A stretch of DNA of 62,154 nt, counting the filler, from Hausera hauseri (taxonomy: Eukaryota), in NCBI GenBank assembly GCA_046269625.1. It is 10 parts of 10 records of this genome, joined end to end, with 100 filler letters (N's around TTAATTAATTAA, not from the genome) between each part and the next. Parts side by side here need not be neighbours in the genome. Positions count along the whole stretch, not along the records: positions 38,993 to 43,239 come from JBJURY010678329.1; positions 43,340 to 47,875 come from JBJURY010537453.1; positions 47,976 to 54,327 come from JBJURY010108987.1; 7 more parts are not named here. One strand, given 5' to 3'. This document shows positions 38,993 to 52,298 of the stretch, piece by piece; within the stretch, counting starts at the first letter, position 1; every line of letters starts with the position of its first letter. A program made the translations under genes and the position numbers. The notes under the pieces are model-generated. The model made no database searches. It was given only the letters and a program-made list of their open reading frames with translations, and had not been told where the DNA came from.

Positions 38993-39760
38993 TTTTAAGT
39001 GCTGTTGAATCGTCTACAACAGTAAGCAATGCTTTGATGGAAGAGGGTAAAGAGAAAAGGAAATACAAACGAAGATCGACAATGTTTGTAGGAGTGACGC
39101 CTAAGGCACTCGATTGAGAAATAGAGGTTTTAAGAAAATCAGACGGCTTTTGAGTTCCAATAGCATGCTCATTAAAATATTTTTGTATGATATTGTCGAT
39201 TGACGGATAGATAATATGTAGGACCGATTCGTAGAGCATGTCATATGAAGTTGAAGAAGTTAGCATCTCAAAAAGATCGATGATTTTTTGTTTTATTTGT
39301 GATGGAAGGAGTAGTAACAAACTGTTAGCACACAGAAAAGAGTCGGTGATGTGGTTGGCTTTAAGCCATTGGAAATGAAATTGTAGCCAGGTAAGGCTAG
39401 AAGTGGTCTTATCTAAAAAGAAATCTACACAAGGAAGGTTGTGAGAAGCAGATGGTGTAGATTCAGCAGGGAGACGACCAGATTTACTTTTGGTGGAGTT
39501 TTCAGCATAAGAAGGATCGGTGTCTAATCCACCCCAGATGAGCAAGTGGAGAGTAAGGTGGATGATTGAAAAAGAGAAGGAAGAATGTCGATCATAGACA
39601 TTAAGGATAGAGCCATGATGCGATAGATAAAAGTCTGAGGTGTGAAGCAATAAGGCCAAATGAGTGTAAAGGCATTGTGCACTCTCTCTGTATGTCGCAC
39701 TGAACGTATACTTATTATTAGAAAAAACCAAAAGGGAAAGGGGATGTAATGCAGCGCGGG
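38993..39760 (-). mobile_element. Gypsy gag 5' part, same family as 24340-29400
   Basis: FFLDKTTSSLTWLQFHFQWLKANHITD parallels YFIDNEKSSKTWLHFHELWLQANGITD. GTQKPSDFL occurs in both. Confidence 0.85.
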
Positions 39761-40429
39761 CGGGCATGCTCGGTCCCTCAACCAGACAATTTCTTGATTG
39801 CGCATGTAGTTTGAGTAACATTTCATTATTGTCAGGAGAATTATAATCCCTTTGTAATGGTGGTTGTGGTGATGGTGATGATCTTTAGTTGCTTACATTT
39901 CGACCGAAATCATTAAAACCGGGACCACTTCTCGATGAAGACAGATCTTTCCTAATAATGACTATCATAGTTCTGAGATGTCATAACTCTCGTGTGAATT
40001 ACTAACGTTTTTCGAGATTTAAGATGATGGAATACCGATATATGAATATCTATCATAATTACCTTTTAACGATAACGACTCGGGCAATCGTTCTTGATAT
40101 TTTTGTGTCAACTGAACTAATCCCACTAAATCATAAACAGCTTTGACAGATTGTGGATTGCTTCGGTTCGGATTGGTTAGTGCATTTAGCACATTGGTCA
40201 GTACATTTGTATGTGCCTTTCCAAACCGATTCATGTACAGTCTTATTTCGCAATTGTGTACAATTTTTGAATTAAATAAATAAGTGGACAAGAAAGCTTC
40301 TTCAGCAGACACGAATTCGGCTGGTCCGAATGCACAGGAATTACTATAGTGATCGGTTTTTAGTTCACCAATTTTCTCTTTAAATATGTCATTGAGTTCC
40401 TTCATAGAAGTTGTAAAAGTAAATGGACG

Positions 40430-40760
40430 TTGTCGGCAAGTAAAACGGAGCTCGATTTGTTTATTGCATGCATTGCAAGCATTCAGAACGGAATGTTTCT
40501 GTTCCATATGTAATTCGTAACAGAAACAATGTCGAGAATTTAGAACGCCGCAAAGACGAGAATTTCAAATGCTTTTCTCTTGCTAAGCACAGAAATTTAT
40601 ATCTTCCATCCATTAAATCGCTACTGACTGATGGAGATGGATCATTAATTGGAGGCAAATTAGCAGGATCACTTTGCGTGTGAAGACGAATTGCGAAAAA
40701 ATTTTTCTTTTCGTTTCTCCATCAATTCTAAGATTCTTCTTGAAGCACCATTAATAATCA
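40430..40760 (-). pseudogene. CREBBP: CBP/p300 fragment (end of HAT domain to start of ZZ finger)
   Basis: MEKRKE..FFAIRL..LPPINDPSPSVSSDLMDGRYKFLCLAREKHLKFSSLRRSKFST, then CNACNKQIELRFTC after a frameshift. Confidence 0.88.
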
Positions 40761-40849
40761 AGTCAATGTCTTTCAGAACAATTCATAATAGTTTAGTCTT
40801 AGAATCCTGAGAAAATTGTAGTTCAGATCTACGTATATTTTGATTGCGA

Positions 40850-41280
40850 CGATCAATATTTTGAAGATCAGTAAAAGGTTTTCCTTTATCGTATATATTA
40901 TCGAATCGTGGAGCTACCAACAAAATACTATTTGGCAGATATTTTGAAGTGAATTCTTTATAGAATGCCATTGTCAATAGAGAATACATTCTTGGTCGAT
41001 GATTTACAATTGGAGTTAATAATTCCGTGATGACGTCTCTCGCAGACGGTCCAATAGAAGATGGTCAACCGAATTTGACAGTCATTTTCGTAGATTAAAA
41101 TTTTTGCCAATTTTAAATTATGCTAAATGACTTTTTCTTTGTGCAAACAGCTGCATGCATTGGCAATTTGCGTCCTGAAATATCGCGTCTGGGCTTCCGT
41201 TATTGATTTTCTGCATTTGTGCAGTTCCAACAGCGACTTAAATATGCACAATCCCAAAACAATATAATAAACTTGATTCT
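40850..41280 (-). pseudogene. PLK1: Polo-like kinase fragments with internal deletion
   Basis: YIVLGLCIFKSLLELHKCRKSITEAQTRYF..LHKEKVI*HNLKL..TVKFG, then RPRMYSLL..YLPNSILLVAPRF. Confidence 0.85.
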
Positions 41281-42331
41281 CTCTCTGCACCGAAATGACT
41301 ATGGGAGCAGAAAATCTCCGCCAGCAAAAAACAAACGAACTTTCAATGATCTCTTCAACGTGAATAACGATGAGATTCAGTTGACTTGCGGACGATTCGT
41401 CGTCGGTATTTAACTGATTTTTATTAACAGACGCATTACGCGACTGAAAACTTCGTATTTCTATACCGTCCAATGAAGTATATGTACACTTTTCCTCATT
41501 TAAAGACAAATTATTATAATGTCCACTTCGACGTCGTATGTCAGTAATTCTGGTCAATGGCAAATTATTTTTCATCTGATGCGCACTGATCTGAGAGTCT
41601 GGATCGATTTCTTGACGGATTGAATTATTGTTTACGTATGATATCTCAAGGGCGACTACACCATTCCAAATATTGCTTGTCGTGGACTTTGTGCTTTCCA
41701 CTGATAACAATTCGATAGCCATGTTAGAATCCTGAAAATATTTCCAGAATCCTGATTCAGTGACGACCATGATCATGATGTCATCGACATTAATTCTAAA
41801 TTTGTGAGCTATATTTGCACGAACTGCACAGGGCTGGCAGTGTTTATCCACATCGCTGCAAATATTTGTTGTCCTTCATATATTATTGTCCTTTTCAACA
41901 AAACAATAATACAACGGCTCCATTGTTTTAGCTGGAACTGGAAGACTACGGCAAAGATTCGGTTCCAATTTGTTCTGTCGAGTATGACAATTCGGCCAGA
42001 CAATAACCAACTGTTGATATGTGGCGAAAATCGAATGACTTCAGGAATTGTTCTGGTTGACGATTTCCTGCGCTTCGAAATACAGAATATTTTTTCTCGG
42101 TTTTTTGACTTTCTTCGGTTCAAAAACGACACCGAATTTCATACGTTCGTGGCAATAGTTGAATAGAAACAACAGAAACTCCTGGGCATCCTGTTGATCG
42201 TTGCTTTGGAAATTGCGTTCGGTATTTGACAATTCCAAACGGAAATCATTGGACAACGAATTACAGTCGACTTGTGACAACCAGAGACTTTTGAGAAACA
42301 TGGAGAATTTAGTTAACAACATCGAATTCAT
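41281..42331 (-). pseudogene. USP31/USP43-like ubiquitin-specific protease fragment
   Basis: FLKSLW..SNDF..NDQQDAQEFLLFLFNYCHE (QQD box). Later segments ESGFWKYFQD and RRFSAPIVI recall USP31/43. The catalytic Cys box is absent. Confidence 0.7.
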
Positions 42332-42369
42332 AGTATCTGAATTTTTCGGCGATTTGCTATCTTAATTCT

Positions 42370-42382
42370 ACTTCTGACACCA
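42370..42382 (-). promoter_or_regulatory. tRNA-Leu-type primer binding site (copy 2), preceded by CA-AAT; candidate LTR 42386-42593
   Basis: Minus strand reads ...GCCA AAT TGGTGTCAGAAGT. The upstream AT-rich tract has AATAAA and a TGT start at 42593. Confidence 0.7.
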
Positions 42383-43339
42383 ATTTGGCTCCAGTAATAA
42401 ATCCAAAACTTAGTATTAAGCCTTTATTAAATTTCAAATCAACATAAAATCCATAATCTAATTAACAAATTTTTTGTACTATACGGAAATGAAAAATTGG
42501 CTAATTACAATTTATCATGAACTGAAGATGAACAGAAACATTAAGAGATAGAAAAATGAATTTACAAGAAATCCTGATCAAATGATAATCACAATATTCC
42601 GAAAATATGATTTTTAACCAATATTTCTCAAATGTTTGTAAGTCAGTCTAATTTCATCATAAAACATAAAATCAGGATCAATGAGTAGAAATAAACTCGG
42701 ATACTCTTTGAATGAACTTTGCATCCTGTACGGGGATTCTGAGGATTTTATAATAATCTTTATTATCTGCCTTATATAAGGTTTGTCATCGGGACTGAAT
42801 TGAGGGAATGTATCTAAGACTGAGTACAACGTGCAGTCCAAACTCACGAGTCAAAATCCTGACCGATCGTAATTTGACATTTTCCTTAAATGCTTTCTGT
42901 GTTAGATTACAAAATAACATTGTGATAATCAATGAAAGATCATCTTCAAACTCTTCACTCTTGAGCAAATTACCGATCGTTGCTCCCGATACAATCAATG
43001 AGCACTTTTAACAGATATGATCGGTGTTGCATAAGCAACGGCCGGTTTTTGTGTTGTTCAAGAAGCATTTTGGCCAGCGATTTATCCACTTCGTCAATAC
43101 GCAAAATGATCGTATACATTTTCAGAGCAAGTAGAAGAACAGCGACAAAACCCACTACTGAACACGGCATTGACTGCATCCCAATCATCGCCATTTTGGT
43201 GTGGACACGAGTTGTGTCCGCGACCGCGACACCTCTATANNNNNNNNNNNNNNNNNNNNNNNNNNNNNNNNNNNNNNNNNNNNTTAATTAATTAANNNNN
43301 NNNNNNNNNNNNNNNNNNNNNNNNNNNNNNNNNNNNNNN

Positions 43340-43340
43340 C

Positions 43341-43406
<66 letters not shown>

Positions 43407-43423
43407 AACAACAACAGCAACAA
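43340..43423 (+). repeat. (CAA)n microsatellite at contig start
   Basis: Seen directly in the sequence. Confidence 0.95.
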
Positions 43424-43890
43424 AAGGAGAAGGGACGACTTTGCCTTCCGAAGGTGCTAAAAGCTGCTTGACGCTGAAATTAAATAGCTATAAAAAACTA
43501 TGTGGCGTTAAATCCCCAATGTGGAAACTGGGGAAGTTTATTCTGATTTGACTTACTTATTGTGTGTTTTTGATTGTGATTAATAAAAGTATTTGAGTTT
43601 ATGTTTTGTATTTTAGTAATACTGCATTTGTCAATGTATGTTGGTAATAACAGGTCATGAAAAATGATGTGTAGCGCGTAATTCGTTTATGTAACATTTC
43701 CTTCCAACTTAAGCTTCATTCCCTTGTTAACTTAAAACTACGTAAAACAAAAGGCAAAAACAGTGTACAAAATACGTTATTGAAATATAATACATGTACA
43801 ATAGAAAAAAATGAGGAAAATCACAAATTGTCAATACTCTGGCTGGACTCTATTGCATATTTGAACTGGCCTGTCGGTCCATATTTTATT

Positions 43891-46800
43891 TCAAATGCCA
43901 ATGCCCATACGCCCAACTCTTATTTCGCCCCACCCACTTTCGCTTGTCATCGCTGCATGACAAAGCAATATTTTTATTTTGATGGTATACAGATGGTGCT
44001 CAATCGATCGTATAGTCCTTTGAGACACAGCAGTCTTTCCTTCTTCTTCTTCTTGTCTATCATAGACACGGCGATAATCACCGTTAATTATTTCCGTCTG
44101 TTTCAGATGGATGCTTTTTGTCCGCATTTTCGGCCCACAGTCTGTCAGAAGACTGTAACACTTTGGGCACAAAAATATCCATTCCCTGTATTGAACCCGG
44201 CCTTCACTTTCGTCCTTGAAGCAGTCGATTTTGTTTGTTACCACGCTTCTGTACAGTAAATGGTTCTGTGAGTAGCTGGACGTGTCTAATAGTCCACCTG
44301 ACATCATTTGGTCTCGATTGATGTTTTTCAGCTTAAGAGAAAAGCTGTCTGTGTCACCAGCAACGATAATGGTCTCACAGCCACCGCCGCCGCCGCCGCC
44401 GCCGCCGAACATTTGCCGGTAACGTGCAATACTGGAGCTCGTACATTCGCAACTTGCTTAGGTACAATACGACGTGTCTGATGTAGCTTGATCGGTCCAG
44501 TACGAATTCTTCTTTGCTTAGAAGCATGGCGACCAATCCATCGGCAATGTGCATTGACCGCCTAAACTGATCCATGCTGGTGTACGTAGCCAGTCCTTTT
44601 TCGTTGTTGCACAGGCGCACATTAAGCCAACTCTTTAGATTTTCCACTGTTTTCCCACACAGTGAATACTTTTTGAACTTGTAATAGTCCTTTTCGAACT
44701 TTGCGCAAGCTGTGGCTCGTTTCCCTCAATTTCCATCAATGTACGCCTTGAATATTGGCGCCTGATTGAAGCGGATTGCATGATGCCGCTGTGGGACGCG
44801 TACACCGAGCTGCATGTAAAACTGCACTAGACACCAATGAACCACGTAATTTGATTTTGGTTAATGTGTCATGAGCAGCTTCTTTATTTTTGAGCCGCCG
44901 GACGGACATTGGCTAATTGGTGCGACCGGCAGTTCATCCAAACAATCATGCAGCTCATCTGATACCACGAGATCGACATCCTCGAGATCGACCTCCTCCG
45001 ATTGAGCTGTTTTCAGCTGTTGTTGTGTCTGGCGCCCTCAACAAATTTTCCAGTATTGTGTCCAGGTCTTGTTTGTCGACTATCCATTCGAATGAACCGT
45101 ACGGCAAGGGTTGTGAAAGCGCCCAGCCGTACAGGTTATTAATATCAATGTACAACATTGACATTGTATCATCATCGTTATCACTGGTTATGTGATGTTT
45201 GTTGACAAATGTCATGCCGCCACGAATACCAACATCAAACAGTCGGTATATTTCGGGGTCTTGCAACAGCTCAATTTCCCTGTCCAGCGACATTAGTGCT
45301 GATGCTCAACTCATCCCCAGTATGGAGTAAAAGTTTAGCGGCTCCAACCTATCTTTCGCCAACGCCTTAGCACGAAATGTCTGAAACACATCGGCTAAAT
45401 AGTACACGTCCAGTTTCAGGTACTGGAGCATGTACTCCAACATGTTTCTGCAGCCAAGCTCTGTCCACCCTTCCTGTGCTTTGTGGTGCACGTCCTCTGT
45501 GATTCCGGCCCACTATGGCGGCAATTCATCTGTTGTCTGAAGCCGCTCGTACGACACAGCAAAGTCATACGGGAATATGCCTTTGCTGCGTGCAATATTC
45601 ACGGGGAACTGCGTCAGTGTTAGCGGCACATCCGGCAAGGCATTTACGAGCTTTGCTGCAAGCTCATTGAGGAACTGCAATGAATCAAGAAATCGTACCT
45701 GAAACCGCTTTATGCGTGCCGATAAGGACAGGTACTTTTCCATCGTTGTTCGGATTATGGATATCTCCAAGTGTGGAAATCTGTTGATAGCCCATTTCAG
45801 AATATGGTGACAGTCATAACCCCTGAAGTTATGAAATGTCACCGGCAGGAATGGCCGCACCCGTCTTGCCAAATTGCATTAATTGCATGCTGCTCCGAAG
45901 TATCGACCAGTGAAATTATCGTGATCCGGTACTAGCCGTTCCTGTGCATCGAACGGCAATATTTTGCGGCACAGGTAACATTTGTCAGTGGCAGCGAAAA
46001 GCAGTGGTACATATTCGTCTGTCGAGACCAAGGGTTTATTAGTGCTACTATTCCAATACCACGGCGCGATTTCCGTTTCCACTATTGCCTTAAACTGATG
46101 CAGAAAATCGCGGACACAGTTCCATCCATGAAAAACGTAGTATTGTGGTTGTCCATCGGCTTTAATTGGCATAACCAGCATTCCAACGGCGATTGGGACA
46201 TACTTTTGGTCGTAGATGTTGTGCCGTGGTAAAATTGCCTCGATATCAGCATATACCACATATGCCGGACTGTCGATTTTTGGCCAGTCACTGAATCTCA
46301 TTTCCTATTTGATTGGCACGACATACATTGTTGTTCCTGTTGCATTTCTCCTGCACAGCGCCACATGCTTTTCCAATGTAGACATATGGGACACCATTTG
46401 CAGTGTATGCGTTTTTGGACAAAGTGATCATGGTCCATGTTTAGTAGTCTATCCAAATTTGTTACTGCCACATAATGAAAGTTTTCTGCATTCTCCAACA
46501 GCAACAAATTTACTGGGCGTCCATTTAAGTTCCGACTGTGGTAGATTATGTCTACATAGGGATTTTTGTATATTTCTTCATCTGTCAGTATCTCTATAAT
46601 TGTGTTGGACCGGAACACGTTGATTACCAGTGTCGGATTACGCCGTTCAAAAGCCGCATTGGTTTTGAGTTTCATCTGCATCCAACATACGTCGTAGTCC
46701 AATTCTGAGAAATACTTCCTGTACTGCTTTGGACAATTTGCATGTCTGGACACTTGATAATATTTCAATATGGCCAGAATGATGTAAACAAAGCAGTATT

Positions 46801-47815
46801 CGTCGTTAGTATTTTGTACATTCACTACAGCCAGAGACTGCTTCAAGGATGCAGGTGTCGGTATGAATGAACGTCCGGACAGGTAAATCATGTCACTCGA
46901 CTTAATCAGAATAAAACCGAGAGTGATAATTTTTACAATTCGCCAACCACTGCCCTTTTCAGCGTACTTGGCGATTTTTTCGTCAAGCTTTTCACCTACA
47001 TCGGCAACAAAATCCTCAGAGTATGGTACGGCTCGATGTGACAGGTACCATTGTTTCCTGTCACCCTGCAAATTTTCAAATTCTGCAAGTGCATAATATT
47101 GCACTTTGCAGTCGTGTTGTTGGAATTTGGTTATCTCTAATTCCAACCGGTTATGCGCATTAGCGGTATATCTTTCAATTGCGTCGCTGTTTTCGCCGAC
47201 ATGTACACCTTCATGTCCACGTACGATCTGTTCAGGTCGTACTTTACAGTAATGGGCGGTTCATGTTCCTCCTGCTGCTGCTGTTTCTGACTTCTGTTGT
47301 TTTGAAAGTATTCGCCAAGGCTTGCTGATGCTTGACGTTTCCTGCTGCTGCTGCTTCTGGCTGCGTCCATTGATGTTTCCTTTTTGGACCTCTGAAACTG
47401 GTTCAAGTGGTCCATGTGGTTGTTGTAGAATTGTTCATAGTTGACTTGTGTCTCAACTACAGAACAACCGAGACATACATAGGCCCGTTTACCATGCACC
47501 GTTGTCGTTGTTGTTATTGTTGTACTATAGTACTGCTCTATTGCACTATGGCAACCATTAACATCATACACCTTACAAGTGCAGTAACGTGGGTATGTGC
47601 GGCAATGCACATGCATGATCTTAGACCGCGTGAACAGATCAAGATGATGCTTGTGCATTTCATAAAAGTCGGCGTACTAGCATGTGTTTTGAATAAAACA
47701 TACGGGACACAGGTACGTGTCCTTGGCCACTGAATAATATTTGGCAATTTCCATGTGGCACTGTCCACCCTCATGTATGCGGGAGACGGAATACATGGGA
47801 TATTGGGAACATTCC
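43891..47815 (-). pseudogene. Polinton/adintovirus-type protein-primed PolB, frameshifted (copy 2)
   Basis: Collinear with copy 1: KGSGW, YADIEA, FHNFRGYD, KGIFPY, GIRGG, LYIDINNLYG, SLCGKTVEN, AGDTDS. (GCC)n expansion at about 44383-44407. Confidence 0.9.
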
Positions 47816-48124
47816 TGAATGATAAACAAATTAAAGTAAAAGTTAAACTAAAAACAAATAAAAATGTATTAATTANNNNNNNNNNNNNNNNNNNNNNNNN
47901 NNNNNNNNNNNNNNNNNNNTTAATTAATTAANNNNNNNNNNNNNNNNNNNNNNNNNNNNNNNNNNNNNNNNNNNNAGTTGCGAGTAAAAGAAGAAAAAAA
48001 GAAGAGCGAGAAAAAATTATGCCTACTAGCGAAAGAAATGAAGAAGCTTAAGGGGCTTAGGTTAATTACAAAAATAAGTTATTAAAATGTATGGTTAATG
48101 TATATTTAAGAAAATCCACAAAAT

Positions 48125-51100
48125 CTAAACAATTTCATCTAATTTTGTTTTCTTTACATCACCAAGATCTTCTTGACTTTCTTCCTTTCGTTTCAACGAC
48201 GATGTTTCATTGATCGTCTGAAATGATGAGTAGATTGTATCAACGTATTGGCACATGTGTTGAACATTCTCCATGTAACATATACGAGATGAGTCAACTA
48301 CATCTGTAACCATTCTCACTTTGACATCCTCTCCAGAAAGAACACGGTTGACATCCGAATAATGCTCTTTGGTCACCAATGCCAATTTGGTCGTCCTCTG
48401 ACGCAGAATATTAAAGGAACCTTGTAATTCCCGACATTGAGTAAACAAAGAAACTCTACAGAACACGTATAAACCAAGTCTAGCACGAGACATAGCGACA
48501 ACTAAACGTCGAATATCCCTCAAATGACCAACAGATTTCGTACGTACCAATGACAAAATAATATAATCATTCTGTTGACCCTGAAATCGATCAACTGTTG
48601 TAACAATACTTTGTGATTCGATATCACCGCATCGTTTCTTAATAATATCTCGAATCAAATGTTTCTGTCCATTGTACGTCGTAAGGATCGTGATTTTATT
48701 TGCCGGATATCCAATTGCTCTCATATACATATACATTGCTACGCAATATTCGGCTTCAGCAATATTCTGAATAAAATGCGGTGTTGGTTCCGATTCGCCT
48801 TGACCGAGATAATTTTGTACATCAATCAATTGATAATCATACAACAAACCAACATTAGCAATCGAATATTCGACATTATGATGAATACATGGCAAATCCT
48901 GTAATAATTTATAACGCCAACAATACAATTGACGCAATGATGAACGTGATCGACCTTGGGCATCTAATTGAATAAAGGGTACCGATAATTTAATCAGACG
49001 ACTAAACATTGATTGACTCATATTACAATAATTTTGAAAAGTCATATTTTTAATAACCGGCGGTAACTGATTATGATCGCCAATCATTATCCAACGTTTT
49101 AATCGATTTAATTTTGATTGATCGGGTTTTTGTAATAATAATGGAATAAATGTTTCAATTTCAAGTATTTGTGCTGCTTCTTCAATGAGAATATTGTCAT
49201 ATGTAAAATTTAATTGTATCAAATCCCGTCGACGTAATGCGCTGTGTGTACATGTCATAGCGATAATTTTTGCATGTTGAACTAACAATGAATGGGCGCG
49301 GGCTAATCCGTTACGGATTAATTCAAATGAACGGAAATCATCCAATTGACAGAAAATATCAACGAGATGACGAAAACAACCGATGGCAATTTCCATATCA
49401 CTGGCAAATGACACACCGGGGAATAATTGACGAATGGATTCAGCCGATTGGAATTGCAATGGAATAAAGAAATTGAGAAATGGAAATTCGCCGACGAATT
49501 GATCAATTGTCAACGAATTGGAATATTGATCAAATTGACAAAACGATTTCTGGAAATGCAACCATCGAGGCATAATTTCCGACATGAGAAAATGTTGAGC
49601 TGTTTCACAAGTATACAACGGTTCGTCACGGCTTTCAGTCGGATTCAATTCGATACAGCCGAGACTGGCAGATAATTTCTCAACTTCACCAAGTAAATAC
49701 AGCCGTTTCCAAAGAACGAAATTCACTCGGCCGTATTTACTGAAATCCTTCGTTGTTTCCAGTGCTTCTTCTCCATGACCGAGACGCAACAGATGTCGTT
49801 CATCGATACCGAGGTTCATAATCTTCTCAAACAGCTGATTCAATGCCTGATTACTGTGCGTGACGATTAATGTTCGCTGATTTGGATAATTCCGATAGAT
49901 ATTGTTTATTATCTGCACAGCAACATCCGTTTTTCCTGTACCCGGTGGACCGACAACCAATGTCAATCCGTGTTGCATACCCGACCGAATTGCCTCAATC
50001 TGAGCTGCTGTGAATTCAATACGATTGCCGGGCACCTCGATAGGTTTATCCGGCAGTCTGTCGAATTGCGACCAGCGAAGGGGATCGGTAAATTTCTGTG
50101 CCAATTTCAATTGGGGTTTGTACGGTTCAACTTGCAATATCGGACGATTGACTGATCCGTCTGTTCGATTTTCCGTCGATTTTAATGTCCGATCGTTTTC
50201 CGGTAACGGGAATACTAATCGATACGGCGAGATGACTGGCGAACTGTCCGCCAATTTGATTTCGTATTGCGGAAAACTTTGTCGCAAATGATCCAAATTG
50301 AGGAAAGTATCACCCCAATCTTGTTTGGCAATGTATTGAGACGTCATGGTCGAATAATGGGCCGCTTCCGGCCTCTCGTAACCGAGTAACAAATCCTGTA
50401 GCCATTCCGGTACGACAAATTGATCGTTCATCAAATCTCGAATCGTTTCCAGTACCGCTTTAAAATTATTTTCCTTCGGTTTCCGTCTCATGAAAATGTT
50501 GAAAGTGCTGTAAACATCTTTCGTTTCACTGTCATCGTTGATAACATCATCATTGTACTGACATGGATCCAGTTTCACTCGCCACGTTCTTGTCTGGCCT
50601 GGTAAATTCGCCAATTTCGATCGTTTCTCTTCTTCTGGAATAATTCTCCCGTTTTTGTCGAGAATTCCTTCTATTTCACACCCACGCACGTACAACAAAC
50701 CGGCCTGTGACGCCATCGATTCACGATTGTTGAATCGCTGTCCGATTTTCAATTTCGGATAAACGGTAATGAGAAAACACGGATCGTGTTTGGCGAGACT
50801 TTCCCATTCTCGACAGATGACATCGGAACAATTCAACACAATCGACACGCCTGCACTAACGACCCGTGGATAACTGCAGCCGATTTCCGGTTTGCAGACT
50901 TCAACAATTTGAAATCCATCAATGGGCATTGCCATTCGAGACCAACCGTGGAATATCGTCTCACCATTCTGCAGTGGACAAATGACGCTCAAACAATGCT
51001 CAGTGTCCTGTTTGATTTCGTAGGCTGTTTCCAATCGGAGCAAATCGAAATTTCTCATCAAATAATCATGAAATGTCAAATATTGCACACCCAAATGAGG

Positions 51101-52279
51101 AATTGCAAAGTTCTGTAACGTTGAAGAACGTTTCTTAAACGAATAGGAAAACATTCAGATTAAATAATCTTTGGAATAATTAGCTTTATTTGTCGTCGGG
51201 ATTAAACTGATCAAACTCGCCAAATCCTGCAGATCACTTTCGTTTTGTTCCAACAAAATCTTCATTAATTCATTATTTTTCTCCAGCCCATCACAAATCG
51301 TCAGCCATAATTTCCGTATCGGTTCTTTAAACGATTTAAATGCTTCCCGTTGCAATTTCAACAATTTATCACGATGACGACATTCCAATTCGGAATCCGT
51401 CAACGAATTACCCGATATTTCATCAATTTCAAAATTAACGTAAAAATCCAACATTTCCAACAGTTGACAAAAGAGTTTCGTTTCGTCAGATTTTCTGGAC
51501 AATTGAGAACGTTGAGCACGAACTATCATGTATTTGTCTTCGATAATAGCGTTCAAATATCGTCTCGTTACGAGCATACTTTCTAAATTGATAAATAACA
51601 CCAAAATATTCTCAAAATAATGCAACATTAACGAATCAAAATTCGAATTATCAAACGAATCAACAGATTGTAGAAAACTGTCAATTAATTTCGGTAAAAA
51701 TGTCCGTTTAAATTTGAAATTATTTACATCAGGACTATTTTGCTTTTCATCATGCTTCAACAATTTCCCATATAACTTCTTATAGTGTTTACTTTTCCCC
51801 AATTCTTCGTTTAATCTCGTCGTTGATAAACAGGTCCTCATTCCAATTGACAACATTTGTTTTAATTCATCAAAATTCAATTGATTTTCAGTCATGATTA
51901 GAAAACAATTGTAGAACAATTGTTCCAAAGTCCGCTTTTTAACACTTACAGAATCATCGTTATCATCAACTGGAGCTTCTATATCGATAATTAAATACAA
52001 AGCTCGTCGGAAAAGTGTACGAAAAACAATTTCGCTTGCGCATAAAACTTCCCATGGATTGACTTTTTACTGAGTATTTTATTGACAATTACACAAACGG
52101 ACAAAACAATTTCTTTTCAGAAATTTGATGTGAGATTTGGCCAAAGATATTTCTCTAAATATTGGGTAAATTCGACATTTTGAACTTGTTTATGGGAAAA
52201 TCCATGGCGTAAAATTTATTCGTTGTATATTTGAATGACTGTAAGTAATTGGCTTAGTAATTTCATCTGAATTATCCAT
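48125..52279 (-). pseudogene. AQR: Aquarius (IBP160) spliceosomal SF1 helicase, intronless; 3' 1009 codons open, 5' part disrupted
   Basis: EFTQYLEKYLWPN, YLTFHDYLMRNFDLLRLE, RRKPKENNFKAVLETIR, GPPGTGKT, EEAAQILEIETFIP, IGDHNQLPP, TVDRFQGQQ, RRLVVAMSRAR. In-frame stops at about 52217, 52118 and 51156, plus frameshifts. Confidence 0.95.
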
Positions 52280-52285
52280 ATGAAA

Positions 52286-52298
52286 ACTTCTGACACCA
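52286..52298 (-). promoter_or_regulatory. tRNA-Leu-type primer binding site (copy 3), preceded by CA-AAT; candidate LTR 52302-52443
   Basis: Minus strand reads ...ACCACA AAT TGGTGTCAGAAGT TTTCAT ATG. Confidence 0.72.

Noticed and set aside
42614-43239. Broken ORFs upstream of the candidate LTR in contig 7
   Set aside because: Coding-like, but I cannot assign a family, so they are left uncalled.
51155-51157. Reassigned stop codon or selenocysteine in Aquarius
   Set aside because: The same gene also has a TAA and frameshifts upstream, and Trp is encoded by TGG. Decay explains it more simply.
48659-51586. Plus-strand ORFs over Aquarius, and similar antisense ORFs over gag, pol and PolB
   Set aside because: They are short shadow frames of real coding sequence with no motifs.
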